From the NCBI GenBank assembly GCA_964609775.1, contig CAZSSJ010000005.1, positions 1 through 50,137 of the forward strand: a stretch of DNA of 50,137 bases. The letters run 5' to 3'. The notes below the pieces were generated by a model, which was not told the DNA's origin, made no database searches, and saw nothing but the letters and a program-made list of their open reading frames with translations. A program made the translations under genes and the position numbers. The stretch comes from an uncultured Gammaproteobacteria bacterium (GTDB lineage Bacteria; Patescibacteriota; Microgenomatia; JAMCZE01). Position 1 is the first letter of the stretch. Each line of letters starts with the position of its first letter. This document shows positions 36,581-44,480 of this stretch, piece after piece.

Positions 36581-36609
36581 TCGACAATCTTGTATGAAAG
36601 TAATACAAT
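36581..36609 (+). promoter_or_regulatory. Promoter plus operator-like palindrome of the second RHH/RelE locus, leaderless geometry
   Basis: TCGACA (36581-36586), 17 nt, TACAAT (36604-36609), 6 nt, ATG 36616. Inverted repeat TTGTAT (36590-36595) / ATACAA (36603-36608) overlaps the -10. Confidence 0.5.
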
Positions 36610-36615
36610 ACACGT

Positions 36616-36906
36616 ATGACCACCACGATCAACATCTCTCTCCCCAAAGGCCTCTATCTTGACGCCAAAAAGGCCGTCACCGAGAAAAACTATTCTTCAA
36701 TCAGCGAGCTTTTCCGTGACGCTCTGCGGCGGATTCTCTATCCCGAGCTGACCGAAAACGGCTTCACCCCCGAATTTGAAGAGGAGGTCTTGCGCCGGGA
36801 AAATGACCCAAACGAAAAAACTTACGCCTGGAATGGAAAGGGATCGTTCGTTGACTTTGTCCTAAAAACCGGACGGAAAGATGCTACAAATCGAGTTTCG
36901 AGATAG
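36616..36906 (+). CDS. Ribbon-helix-helix antitoxin (paralog of the 33173-33475 gene)
   Basis: TINISLPKGLYLDAKKAVTEKNYSSISELFRDALRR. Confidence 0.75.
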   Translation: MTTTINISLPKGLYLDAKKAVTEKNYSSISELFRDALRRILYPELTENGFTPEFEEEVLRRENDPNEKTYAWNGKGSFVDFVLKTGRKDATNRVSR

Positions 36907-37158
36907 CTATCGAGTTGACCTGGAAGAACTGCTAACCGAAGACGGGGACATGAGTGATTTAGTAGAAGAGGCGACTAAACTTTTTCGAAAGAACCCTGAT
37001 GATACTCGCTTAGATAGCCACCCCTTACGAAGAAGATGAAAGGGAAATGGGCTTTCAGTGTGACTAGTGATATCAGAACTATCTACATATGGGTGGGAAA
37101 AAATACCGTTAGCTTTCTCGCCATTGGCAGCCACAAAAAGGTCTACGGAAAAAAATGA
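36881..37158 (+). pseudogene. RelE/ParE-family toxin gene interrupted by a frameshift
   Basis: Frame A: MLQIEFRDSYRVDLEELL...LFRKNPDDTRLDSHPLRRR* (stop 37037-37039). Shifted frame from about 37030: KKMKGKWAFSVTSDIRTIYIWVGKNTVSFLAIGSHKKVYGKK* (stop 37156-37158). Joined, they give a typical RelE/ParE core. Confidence 0.6.
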
Positions 37159-37673
37159 TCGAAACCCACCCCTTCGGCTTCTTTGTTCCGAAAAACGCCC
37201 AATATCTTCTCCTGGGAAGTTTCACAACCAAAGAAGCGAATTTTGATCCCACCTATGACTGGTTCTATGGCACCAAGCGCAACTATTTTTGGCCTATTCT
37301 GCGTGCAGTGTATGGCTTACCCCTGGCAACAAAAAAAGAGAAACAGGATTTATTCACCCACCTGCGTATGGCCCTGGGAGACATCATTTATCAATGCGAA
37401 AGAATCAAAGATAGCAATCTGGACGTTAATCTTGTCAACGTCATCTACAATCTTGACGCGGTGGCTGAAACGTTGAGCAAGAATAAAATTAAGAAAATCT
37501 TCTTCTCCAGTCGCTTTGTTGAGGGCAAATTCCGACGGTTCTTCCGAAGCATCATTAACCACCATCCAGATACCGAACTCATCACTTTGCCTTCTCCCTC
37601 TCCCCGCTATGCCGCGCTCACTCCGGCCCAAAAACTCCAAATCTATAAATCCCTCCTGCCGAAGTTACCCTAG
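37155..37673 (+). CDS. Uracil-DNA glycosylase superfamily protein, family-6-like (DNA-deoxyinosine / hypoxanthine glycosylase)
   Basis: 172 aa. LLLGSFTT..., FYGTKRNYFWPIL, LPSPSPRYA. The ATG overlaps the toxin-remnant stop (ATGA). Confidence 0.65.
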   Translation: MIETHPFGFFVPKNAQYLLLGSFTTKEANFDPTYDWFYGTKRNYFWPILRAVYGLPLATKKEKQDLFTHLRMALGDIIYQCERIKDSNLDVNLVNVIYNLDAVAETLSKNKIKKIFFSSRFVEGKFRRFFRSIINHHPDTELITLPSPSPRYAALTPAQKLQIYKSLLPKLP

Positions 37674-37751
37674 AACTCCCAAAGTTTTGTTGCCCTTGCA
37701 AACGCCCACGAGTGGTGTTTAAATAGTCTTGACAAGAACAGTCTGAGTGTC

Positions 37752-38234
37752 ATGTTAACCACTTTTCTCTTTAACTTTATTCTCTTCACGGCCCTTTTTT
37801 TTACTCCTATTGCCCAAACCTATGAGCCTGACAAGCTCGACTCTCCTTTTAAACCGGAGAAAATGCCCTCCGTTCTTTCCCAAGACTTTTCAAAAGTTGA
37901 ATTTTCTGCTCCCTCTTTGAAAAAAGCTTCCCCGCCCGTCATCACCCCGACTGATCTCACCGCCCTCTTCGCTCGCTTTAGCCAAGAATATTCTGTCGAC
38001 CAAAATCTCCTCACCAAGATCGCCGCTTGTGAATCTCACTTTAATGCCAATTCTGTAAACGGGGACTACGGCGGCATGTTCCAATATTCTTCCTCAACCT
38101 GGCAAACCACCCGCACAGCGATGAGTCTTGACCCCAACCCGGACCTGCGTTTCAATGCCGAAGAAGCCATCAAAACCACCGCCTATAAAATCTCCCGCGG
38201 CGGCTCATCTGCCTGGCCCGTTTGTCGTCAGTAA
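37752..38234 (+). CDS. Secreted transglycosylase-like (Rpf-type) domain protein
   Basis: 160 aa. Signal/TM, then IAACESHFNANSVNGDYGGMFQYSSSTWQ. Confidence 0.7.
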   Translation: MLTTFLFNFILFTALFFTPIAQTYEPDKLDSPFKPEKMPSVLSQDFSKVEFSAPSLKKASPPVITPTDLTALFARFSQEYSVDQNLLTKIAACESHFNANSVNGDYGGMFQYSSSTWQTTRTAMSLDPNPDLRFNAEEAIKTTAYKISRGGSSAWPVCRQ

Positions 38235-38666
38235 CTGGTTAGAGTCTCCTTGTGCTTTCTTTAATATTTGCTTGTCTGAGGAGTAGGTAAGCCGTTCGTA
38301 GGCTTCAGGGTAGGAAAGCCACATCACCTTTTCCACTTCAGAGTTTTCCGTTGGTTGCCCCGAAACATATTCCATCAAAAAATAACTGACAATCTTGAAA
38401 ACTCTCTCCCCTTCATAGGTGTAAATATATTTTGATTCTGACACTTTTTGCTTAATCGTCGCCATAATCCCGGTTTCTTCCTTAACCTCTCTTAGTGCCG
38501 CTTCAGCGACACCTTCCCCTTCTTCAATCAGCCCTTTTGGTAGTTGGTAGCGTTCTTTGGGAAAATCTATGCTTGGTCTGGGCTTAATCAGAAGCCAAAC
38601 TATACCTGTTGGGTCTTGTTTGTACGCAACTCCTCCGGCAGAAAGTGCCTGTTTCATGACTCTCAT
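38205..38666 (-). CDS. Nudix hydrolase
   Basis: 153 aa. Nudix box GLIEEGEGVAEAALREVKEETGI. Confidence 0.8.
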   Translation of the reverse strand: MRVMKQALSAGGVAYKQDPTGIVWLLIKPRPSIDFPKERYQLPKGLIEEGEGVAEAALREVKEETGIMATIKQKVSESKYIYTYEGERVFKIVSYFLMEYVSGQPTENSEVEKVMWLSYPEAYERLTYSSDKQILKKAQGDSNQLLTTNGPGR

Positions 38667-38719
38667 TTTCCCACAAAAAACCCCCTGTTTCCAGAAGGTC
38701 TCTAAATCGACACTCGTTT

Positions 38720-39205
38720 CTATCTTGTCACTGAAATCGATGTTGCCAACTGGGGTGTTGCTGCGACAGTCACCCTTGGCGTTCCCGTTCCGGTGGCTAC
38801 GGTAATCGTGTATCCCGTGTCAAAGTTAGTACAATCGTTCCACGACCCAGTCTGCGGATCCTTCGGGATTTGGGCCATGTAGGTTGGCACAATCGCCTGA
38901 CAGAGAACTGTTCCCGTATCAGTCCCCGAAATCACATCCGTGCTGCTAAACGGAATCGCTGTTCCTTGTGGCGCCGTGTCGAGCGGAGCTGGTAATGTAC
39001 CACTGAGGTCAACCATGGCTTGATCAATCGCGTTCAGAATGGCGTTTACATCACTTCGCCTTTGGGTGTCATTCGCTTGGGCGAATTGGCGGGCTGGGTT
39101 AATGGCAATAAGAACAATAGCCAAAAGAACCGCCAAAATTCCGATGACAACAAGAAGCTCAATTAGAGTAAAACCCCTTTTAAGAAGACCTTGGGCAGAT
39201 TTCAT
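38720..39205 (-). CDS. Type IV pilin (major pilin candidate)
   Basis: 161 aa. Short leader MKSAQGLLKRG then FTLIELLVVIGILAVLLAIVL (class III signal, Glu at +5). TTGACA-18-TATCCT promoter about 40 nt upstream. Confidence 0.85.
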   Translation of the reverse strand: MKSAQGLLKRGFTLIELLVVIGILAVLLAIVLIAINPARQFAQANDTQRRSDVNAILNAIDQAMVDLSGTLPAPLDTAPQGTAIPFSSTDVISGTDTGTVLCQAIVPTYMAQIPKDPQTGSWNDCTNFDTGYTITVATGTGTPRVTVAATPQLATSISVTR

Positions 39206-39297
39206 GTTTCTTTATAACTAAATTAACTAACACATTCAGGATATGAAACTTTTAAACCCCTTGTCAAGCCCCAGTTCTACCTCAATTCCACCTCAAC

Positions 39298-40407
39298 TCA
39301 CTGCCCGCTAAGGCCCGAAGTGGAACTAACCGGTTTTGTCAGGGTGACCACAACGTCAAAGCTCTGCGAGGCGCTCTCCCGCGTCGCTAGTTCTCCAAAG
39401 CTCGGCGTTAGAGCGGTGAGCAGCTTTTCTCGGACTCCGGAAGAAACCTTAGGTGAAAAGACGACCTGAACTTTAGCTGCTTGAATCGTCGGCGCATTGC
39501 CTATTTGCACATTTTTAAAGCCTGCCGCTGTGAGAGTTTCTTTAACATTTTGGGCTTGTCCCGAAGCTCCGGTTGCGTTCAGAACCTCAATCGTGGTCGC
39601 GGCTAAATCCACCTCCGCCCCCGCCGAAGCCTCCTTTACTGGCTCGTTTGCTGACTTGCTGGCAATGGGGGCTGGCGGTGGAGGAGCCACCACTGCCGGT
39701 GCTTTTGCCGGACTCCTTTTGTTCTGCTGTCCCGGCAGAATTCCTGCCATGACGGCGACAATGCCCAGAATGACTAGCAGCGCTCCAAAAACTCCCAGAA
39801 GAACCAAAAGATGCTTGTTTATTCTCGGATCAGGGCTGTTTTCCGCCGCCGCATTCTTGGCCGCCATTTCTGCGTAATCAAAGTGGAGTTGTGAAAGTAT
39901 TCCTAATTTATTAAGTAGGTCCCGGCCTATAGATCCTGTTAAACCGTTTTGTAAGCCCGCTACCGGCACGACCGACGCCGGCAGCATGGCCACACCCCCA
40001 ACCCCCATTTTGGACAAGATTTCCCCCATGCTTTCATAGAAATCCCGGTTGACCACCACCACCTTGCAACCTTTGCCCACTCGGTACACTCGGTGTCTCA
40101 TTCGCCCAAAGGGCACCATCTTGAGAAAATCCTCAATTTCTTTCTCGTGGACCTCCTCTCCGCCTTCAGCAAAATCTTTTTCAAAAACCACATTTGGCGA
40201 AAAAACGACATACCCCTCTCCGGCAGTGATTTTCAGGCCGTCGAGAACCGCCTTTATTCCCTGGGCCACCTGCTCAGCATTTTTAATTTCCAAATCGACG
40301 ACTGCCTGGGACAAATCCACCGTTGGAATTTGCGCCACTCCTCGGACATAAAAACTCATCTGGCCGCGGTCGATGTAAATAATAATCGGCGTCGTTCTCG
40401 CTTTCAT
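39298..40407 (-). CDS. Bitopic membrane protein with C-terminal LytR_C domain (pilus-assembly accessory candidate)
   Basis: 369 aa. Cytoplasmic N-domain, central TM (LLVLLGVFGALLVILGIVAV), Pro/Ala linker, TIEVLNATGASGQAQNVKETLTAAGFKNVQIGNA. Confidence 0.6.
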   Translation of the reverse strand: MKARTTPIIIYIDRGQMSFYVRGVAQIPTVDLSQAVVDLEIKNAEQVAQGIKAVLDGLKITAGEGYVVFSPNVVFEKDFAEGGEEVHEKEIEDFLKMVPFGRMRHRVYRVGKGCKVVVVNRDFYESMGEILSKMGVGGVAMLPASVVPVAGLQNGLTGSIGRDLLNKLGILSQLHFDYAEMAAKNAAAENSPDPRINKHLLVLLGVFGALLVILGIVAVMAGILPGQQNKRSPAKAPAVVAPPPPAPIASKSANEPVKEASAGAEVDLAATTIEVLNATGASGQAQNVKETLTAAGFKNVQIGNAPTIQAAKVQVVFSPKVSSGVREKLLTALTPSFGELATRESASQSFDVVVTLTKPVSSTSGLSGQ

Positions 40408-40889
40408 GGATATATCTCCTTCCAGGATACTATTGCCAAAACATTATTGCTATACATGGTCTGAATCTGCACCGTCCGGGTGAAGGCCCCATTTTTTCCG
40501 ACAGAAGTAACGACTGGCACTGCTCCGTCTTGCACATCAATCTTTGCCGTTCCTCCTCCCACCGAGAGAGTCTCTCCGCTGTAGGCTGGATCCCGCAACA
40601 AGCGCATGAGGGCGTTTTCTGCTCCACTTTCGGCAATCGCGAGCGCCGAATTTCCTTGATCAAGCTTCAAGGTGCTCTGCGAATTCACAATCGCCATAAG
40701 AACCGCCGCGGTCGTCGCTGTTATGGCCATCGTCATAAATACCAGGAGCATGACCAGTGTCTGCCCCACCCGACCAATTTGAAATTTGAAATTTGAAATT
40801 TTCAATGAATGGTTCAATTTTAAATTCATAAATTTAAAAACTAAGTCGTAGTTATTTGAAAATTGAGACATTTCAAATTTGATATTCAA
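40404..40889 (-). CDS. PilX-like minor pseudopilin
   Basis: Hydrophobic N-terminal helix GQTLVMLLVFMTMAITATTAAVLMAIV after the leader ..ISNFKFQIGRVG. True start uncertain (TTG 40889, ATG 40871 or ATG 40829). Confidence 0.6.
   Translation of the reverse strand: MNIKFEMSQFSNNYDLVFKFMNLKLNHSLKISNFKFQIGRVGQTLVMLLVFMTMAITATTAAVLMAIVNSQSTLKLDQGNSALAIAESGAENALMRLLRDPAYSGETLSVGGGTAKIDVQDGAVPVVTSVGKNGAFTRTVQIQTMYSNNVLAIVSWKEIYP
40776..40803 (-). repeat. Heptanucleotide tandem array (AATTTGA x3 plus one variant) in a pseudopilin leader
   Basis: aatttga aatttga aatttga aattttc. Encodes ..SNFKFQI.. on the minus strand. Confidence 0.85.
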
Positions 40890-40917
40890 TTCAAATTGTA
40901 AATTTCAAATTGTAAAT
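40890..40917. repeat. 14-nt tandem duplication in the AT-rich intergenic spacer
   Basis: ttcaaattgtaaat x2, between the stop at 40920 and the next pseudopilin gene. Confidence 0.85.
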
Positions 40918-40919
40918 TA

Positions 40920-41519
40920 TCACCTGGTTCCGATTGTTGTCTGAAAACTTCTTTCCTCGAGGCCCGATTTTTTAATCGTTCGGCCCGTGAGTTTAAATTT
41001 AACTTGCAGACTGTTTTTTCCTGCCGGATTCCCCAGCCGCGTAAAGGACAAACCCGAAATTTGTGTTCCAAAAGAATTCAAGTTGTCCGTCCCCAAATCA
41101 GTCGTCACGACCAACTGCCCACCGGGACTGGCGGTATACGTATGGCTCGCCCCTTCAATTACCAATCTGGCTGCTGTTGTTGACTCGCCTAAATTGGCTG
41201 GAGAGGTAATCGCCGATGAGCGACCAACGTCGTAATTAAGTCTGGCGAGGAGAAATCTTCCATCCTGATCGACACTGGCCACCACGCTCGATTCTGCCTG
41301 CTGCTCCAGGACCGTCAAAAAAAGGTCTGTCAAGACCAGAAGCCCCGTCGTCATGAGCGCCATATAGAGCATCAGCTCGACAATAGTAAAGCCCCCACGA
41401 AAATGAGCAATAGGCAATGAGCAATGAGCAATTGTGGTAAGCACTCCGTGCTTGGATCTTGTAATACCTGCGCGAAGCACAGACAATAATTGACGATTGA
41501 TGATTGATTTATTGCCCAT
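40920..41519 (-). CDS. Minor pseudopilin
   Basis: 199 aa. Long leader ..AHCSLPIAHFRGG then FTIVELMLYMALMTTGLLVL. Confidence 0.75.
   Translation of the reverse strand: MGNKSIINRQLLSVLRAGITRSKHGVLTTIAHCSLPIAHFRGGFTIVELMLYMALMTTGLLVLTDLFLTVLEQQAESSVVASVDQDGRFLLARLNYDVGRSSAITSPANLGESTTAARLVIEGASHTYTASPGGQLVVTTDLGTDNLNSFGTQISGLSFTRLGNPAGKNSLQVKFKLTGRTIKKSGLEERSFQTTIGTR
41405..41432 (-). repeat. Heptanucleotide tandem array (GAGCAAT x4, one AGGCAAT variant) in a pseudopilin leader
   Basis: gagcaat aggcaat gagcaat gagcaat, immediately 5' (in gene orientation) of the codons for HFRGG. Confidence 0.85.
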
Positions 41520-41524
41520 TCTGT

Positions 41525-43594
41525 CTAGGGTGAGTAATTAACGGAAAAATCTCTGAACACCGGCGTCAGCGTTGCATCGTTTGTACTCAAAATCACTTTA
41601 TACTTAAAGCACTTCCCGGGATTTTGGTATGACGGGGCAAATGTCCCGAACGGCACCGGTCCGCTGATTGTCGTCGTCCCGGTGATTGCCGTTGTAAAAT
41701 AGTTGCCTGTTCCTGTCCCACTTCCGTCACTGCCGACAAAAGTATAGTTGGCCCCGGTGCAAGCTCCTCCGACAGCATCCGCGACCGCCACCTGAATTTG
41801 GACATCATTAGCCACCGGCTGGTCAATATTGGCTAAAAATCGATTAAAAGCCGTTGCCGGATCAATCGGCCCATATGGGGCAGAAACAAACGTCCCGGTC
41901 GGGACATAGCTGCCATTTCCTGCTCCTGGCCCCCCCTCAATGATCTTAAATTCCGCATTAGCATCCCCGGTAATGATATAAGAATAAGCCCGCTGGGCAG
42001 CCGTAAAGACCGTCGCGATGCCATTAATACCACTATTAATATCTAATCCCCCGCACCAGGTTGGACTTGACTCAGTCTGAAGATTTAAAACCTGATATTC
42101 CTGGCCGCCTGTTCCCACCACAATCGCCCTTCCCCCGGAAACGGCCACCACTCCTTTGGGATCCATATCGCCATGGGCTTGGGTGTCATAGGTTCCCAGC
42201 ACGCTGTAGTTTGCCAAGTTAATGAGAAAAAATTCACTCTGCGAAGCCGATTGCCCGGTCACAAGGTAAGCCCGGTTCTGAGGGACATTAACAAAGATAT
42301 CTCTGCCGCCCTGTCCAGCGACGGACACATTTCTGCTAATCGTCGGGCTTGCCGGGTTAGTGACATTGATAATTTGCAGCTGGTTACTTGTTCCGCTCGT
42401 TGCCACATAGGCCGTCGATCCCACCACCATGATCTTAACCCCAGTTCCGGCCAGCTCGAGACCCCCGCTCCCATTGAGCCTTGTCCGTGACCCGCTGTGG
42501 CTCGAAAGATCAAAAGTAAAAAACTTGTTGCCGGAAGTCATATATCCCACATTCCCCAAAGCATACACACTATTCCCATTCCCGTTTCCTGGGGCATCAA
42601 AATAGCCCGCTTCGACATATTTCCCATTGATTTGTTGGGTTAAATCGATAATGACCACCTCTTTAGCGTTGTTGTCTGTGGCCAAATAGGCGTAGTTTTG
42701 TTCCGTAAAAACTCCATTTGTCTTATACCCATCAAAAGTCCCGGAAACATTCGCCACTGGCGCCGCCGGAAAGGCGGGGTCCGAAATCGTCACATTGGCA
42801 TACGACACACCCGAGGAGTTATCACCTGTCCCCGCCGCCGCTTGTCCCTGGATGGCCGAAACCGCGTTCGCCACGCCATTCTTTGGTAAATCAAGATCCG
42901 TAAAAGTCAACGCCGGTGCACACCAATCCCCATACCCGCCCGTCTGTGACAGAACGATCTCGCCATCATCAGGGATCCCGCTTCCCGAAGTCGCTTGCAC
43001 TTTGACGTTGGTTTTCGCTCCGGCGTTAAATTGTGTTTGCGTCGTCTCCGTGTAGGACAAATTGTCCAGATACCGGGTCATATACTTCGTCACCCCGACC
43101 GACGAGGGAAGGGGATTGGCCCAGGAGACCGTAATCTCCACCTTTTTTGTTGATGGGTCATTTGTCCCCAAAAGAGCAATCGCCCCGCCGGCATCCCGGT
43201 TGACGCTCGTGATCACCGCTTGGCGGCTAAAGCCGTTAATTGACTCCGCCCCCCCCGTCAATATCCAGACTGAACCCGAAGTTGTGGCCTGCACCGGACC
43301 CGTGTCCGAAAAATCAGCAAAATTGGCCCACCCGCTCTCCCGGACATTCCGCAGCGCCTCCTCTTCTTCTTTAACTAGAGCGACTGCCTGGAGTCGTTGC
43401 GTCTCCTGAGCCCGCCCATTCCTTGAGGCAATGAGTCCGGTTGCCAGCGCCGGCAAGAAAACCGCCGCCAGTCCAAAAGCCAACAACAGTTCGACTAACG
43501 ACTGACCCCCACGAAAGTGAGACTTGAGATTTGAGAAGTGAGATTTAATTCTCCCTTCTCCCTTCTCCCTTCTCACTTCAAAAATGTTTCTCAT
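41525..43594 (-). CDS. Giant pseudopilin with LVIVD-type beta-propeller repeats (tip adhesin candidate)
   Basis: Leader ..KSHFSNLKSHFRGG then QSLVELLLAFGLAAVFL. Repeats such as NYAYLATDNNAKEVVIIDL, AYVATSGTSNQLQIINVTNPASP, RAYLVTGQSASQSEFFLINL. ATG 43594 preceded by AGGAGAAGGGAGAA is preferred over the ORF-track TTG 43615. Confidence 0.8.
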   Translation of the reverse strand: MRNIFEVRREKGEGRIKSHFSNLKSHFRGGQSLVELLLAFGLAAVFLPALATGLIASRNGRAQETQRLQAVALVKEEEEALRNVRESGWANFADFSDTGPVQATTSGSVWILTGGAESINGFSRQAVITSVNRDAGGAIALLGTNDPSTKKVEITVSWANPLPSSVGVTKYMTRYLDNLSYTETTQTQFNAGAKTNVKVQATSGSGIPDDGEIVLSQTGGYGDWCAPALTFTDLDLPKNGVANAVSAIQGQAAAGTGDNSSGVSYANVTISDPAFPAAPVANVSGTFDGYKTNGVFTEQNYAYLATDNNAKEVVIIDLTQQINGKYVEAGYFDAPGNGNGNSVYALGNVGYMTSGNKFFTFDLSSHSGSRTRLNGSGGLELAGTGVKIMVVGSTAYVATSGTSNQLQIINVTNPASPTISRNVSVAGQGGRDIFVNVPQNRAYLVTGQSASQSEFFLINLANYSVLGTYDTQAHGDMDPKGVVAVSGGRAIVVGTGGQEYQVLNLQTESSPTWCGGLDINSGINGIATVFTAAQRAYSYIITGDANAEFKIIEGGPGAGNGSYVPTGTFVSAPYGPIDPATAFNRFLANIDQPVANDVQIQVAVADAVGGACTGANYTFVGSDGSGTGTGNYFTTAITGTTTISGPVPFGTFAPSYQNPGKCFKYKVILSTNDATLTPVFRDFSVNYSP

Positions 43595-43615
43595 TTCTCC
43601 CTTCTCCTTTCTCAA
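43515..43615 (-). repeat. About 100-nt region with 7-nt periodicity (ANNTGAG x4; TTCTCCC x3 + TTCTCAC; TTCTCNN x4)
   Basis: 43515-43549 aagtgag acttgag atttgag aagtgag atttaat; 43549-43576 ttctccc x3 ttctcac; 43588-43615 ttctcat ttctccc ttctcct ttctcaa. Contains the inverted repeat GAAGTGAGA/TCTCACTTC. Confidence 0.85.
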
Positions 43616-44109
43616 TTCACTCTAGTGACCACTCCATACCTATTAATCTTAACTGTCCTCGTGTCGCCGCCTAATGGATTTCCAATCTTCACAGAATCGA
43701 GCCCGGAAACATACCCGACCACTTCACCGCTTCCGGAAGCAAAAACAAGAATCGAATTAGGAAAGTTATTGGCCGTAAACTCCAGACTGTTAGGAAGCGA
43801 CACGGTGAAGTTGCCCGGATCATCACTTGAATAGGCAAGGCCATTAAAAAGCGTATAGCTAGCTTTTTCGAAATAAATTCCCGCAACGCCTTCTCCGCTC
43901 ATTGCCCGTATCTGTTGTTGCTTTAAATCCGAAACGAGCAAGTCGGTTGATCCCGTCACCGCCGTCGAAATCTGCGGCCGGATGAGATTGATCACAATGA
44001 GTGACAACAACAGCCCCGCAATGCCCATCACCACCAGGAGTTCAACCAAAGTAAAACCCTCCTCAAAGTGAGACTTGAGAAGTGATAAGTGAGATCTATT
44101 TAAGACCAT
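43612..44109 (-). CDS. Minor pseudopilin
   Basis: 165 aa. Leader MVLNRSHLSLLKSHFEEG then FTLVELLVVMGIAGLLLSLIV. Confidence 0.8.
   Translation of the reverse strand: MVLNRSHLSLLKSHFEEGFTLVELLVVMGIAGLLLSLIVINLIRPQISTAVTGSTDLLVSDLKQQQIRAMSGEGVAGIYFEKASYTLFNGLAYSSDDPGNFTVSLPNSLEFTANNFPNSILVFASGSGEVVGYVSGLDSVKIGNPLGGDTRTVKINRYGVVTRVN
44066..44093 (-). repeat. Heptanucleotide array (AAGTGAG-type x4) in a pseudopilin leader
   Basis: aagtgag acttgag aagtgat aagtgag. The 16-mer aaagtgagacttgaga is identical to 43514-43529. Confidence 0.85.
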
Positions 44110-44458
44110 TTTTCTTCGTGGTTTTAACTGATTTAACTAAAATTGAAATAATCTCGTTACATTCGACTATTTCCGGGTCGACTAGATCCCCAGGCAAAAG
44201 TTGCGACAACTTAATTACCATCAGCCAATAGTGTGTTTCCCTGGCTTCACGAAGTGAAATGCTAATTTTATTCAGGAAATCATTCCTTGACGATGCGTCC
44301 TGAGCTTCATAATAGTTGGCTCCAATTGAGGTGCCTGATTTTATCAGCTGACTTGCCACCGCGAACCCAGCCGGTGTTTTCGGTAGCTTATTAGCCAGCC
44401 TTATTATCCGGACAGAAAACTTCAAAAATCTTTCAGGCAGGTCGTTATTATTTCTCAC
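44096..44458 (-). CDS. Four-helix-bundle protein (23S rRNA intervening-sequence protein family)
   Basis: 120 aa. ..SQLIKSGTSIGANYYEAQDASSRNDFLNKISISLREARETHYWL.. is the family signature. GTG start inside a GGGAGAA repeat. Overlaps the next pseudopilin start by 14 nt. Confidence 0.8.
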   Translation of the reverse strand: MRNNNDLPERFLKFSVRIIRLANKLPKTPAGFAVASQLIKSGTSIGANYYEAQDASSRNDFLNKISISLREARETHYWLMVIKLSQLLPGDLVDPEIVECNEIISILVKSVKTTKKNGLK

Positions 44459-44479
44459 TTCTCCCTTCTCCCTTCTCCC
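44452..44479 (-). repeat. Heptanucleotide array TTCTCAC + TTCTCCC x3 (minus strand GGGAGAA x3 + GTGAGAA)
   Basis: Same four units as 43549-43576 in permuted order. Fills the spacer between the histidine-kinase stop and the four-helix-bundle gene start. Confidence 0.85.
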
Positions 44480-44480
44480 C

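Noticed and set aside
36907-37134. 75-aa minus-strand ORF
   Set aside because: It is antisense to the frameshifted RelE/ParE remnant, whose two halves carry recognisable toxin motifs. Its translation is Ser-rich and featureless.
37729-37734. TTGACA 18 nt upstream of the 37752 start as a leaderless promoter
   Set aside because: The geometry does not fit, since the ATG would fall where the -10 should be. A TTGCAA-17-TTAAAT pair further upstream (37696-37724) is possible but weak, so no promoter was called.
40776-40917. AT-rich short tandem repeats considered as a CRISPR-like array or mobile-element end
   Set aside because: The units are 7 and 14 nt with no spacers, far too short for CRISPR. 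No cas genes, transposase or inverted terminal repeats occur nearby.
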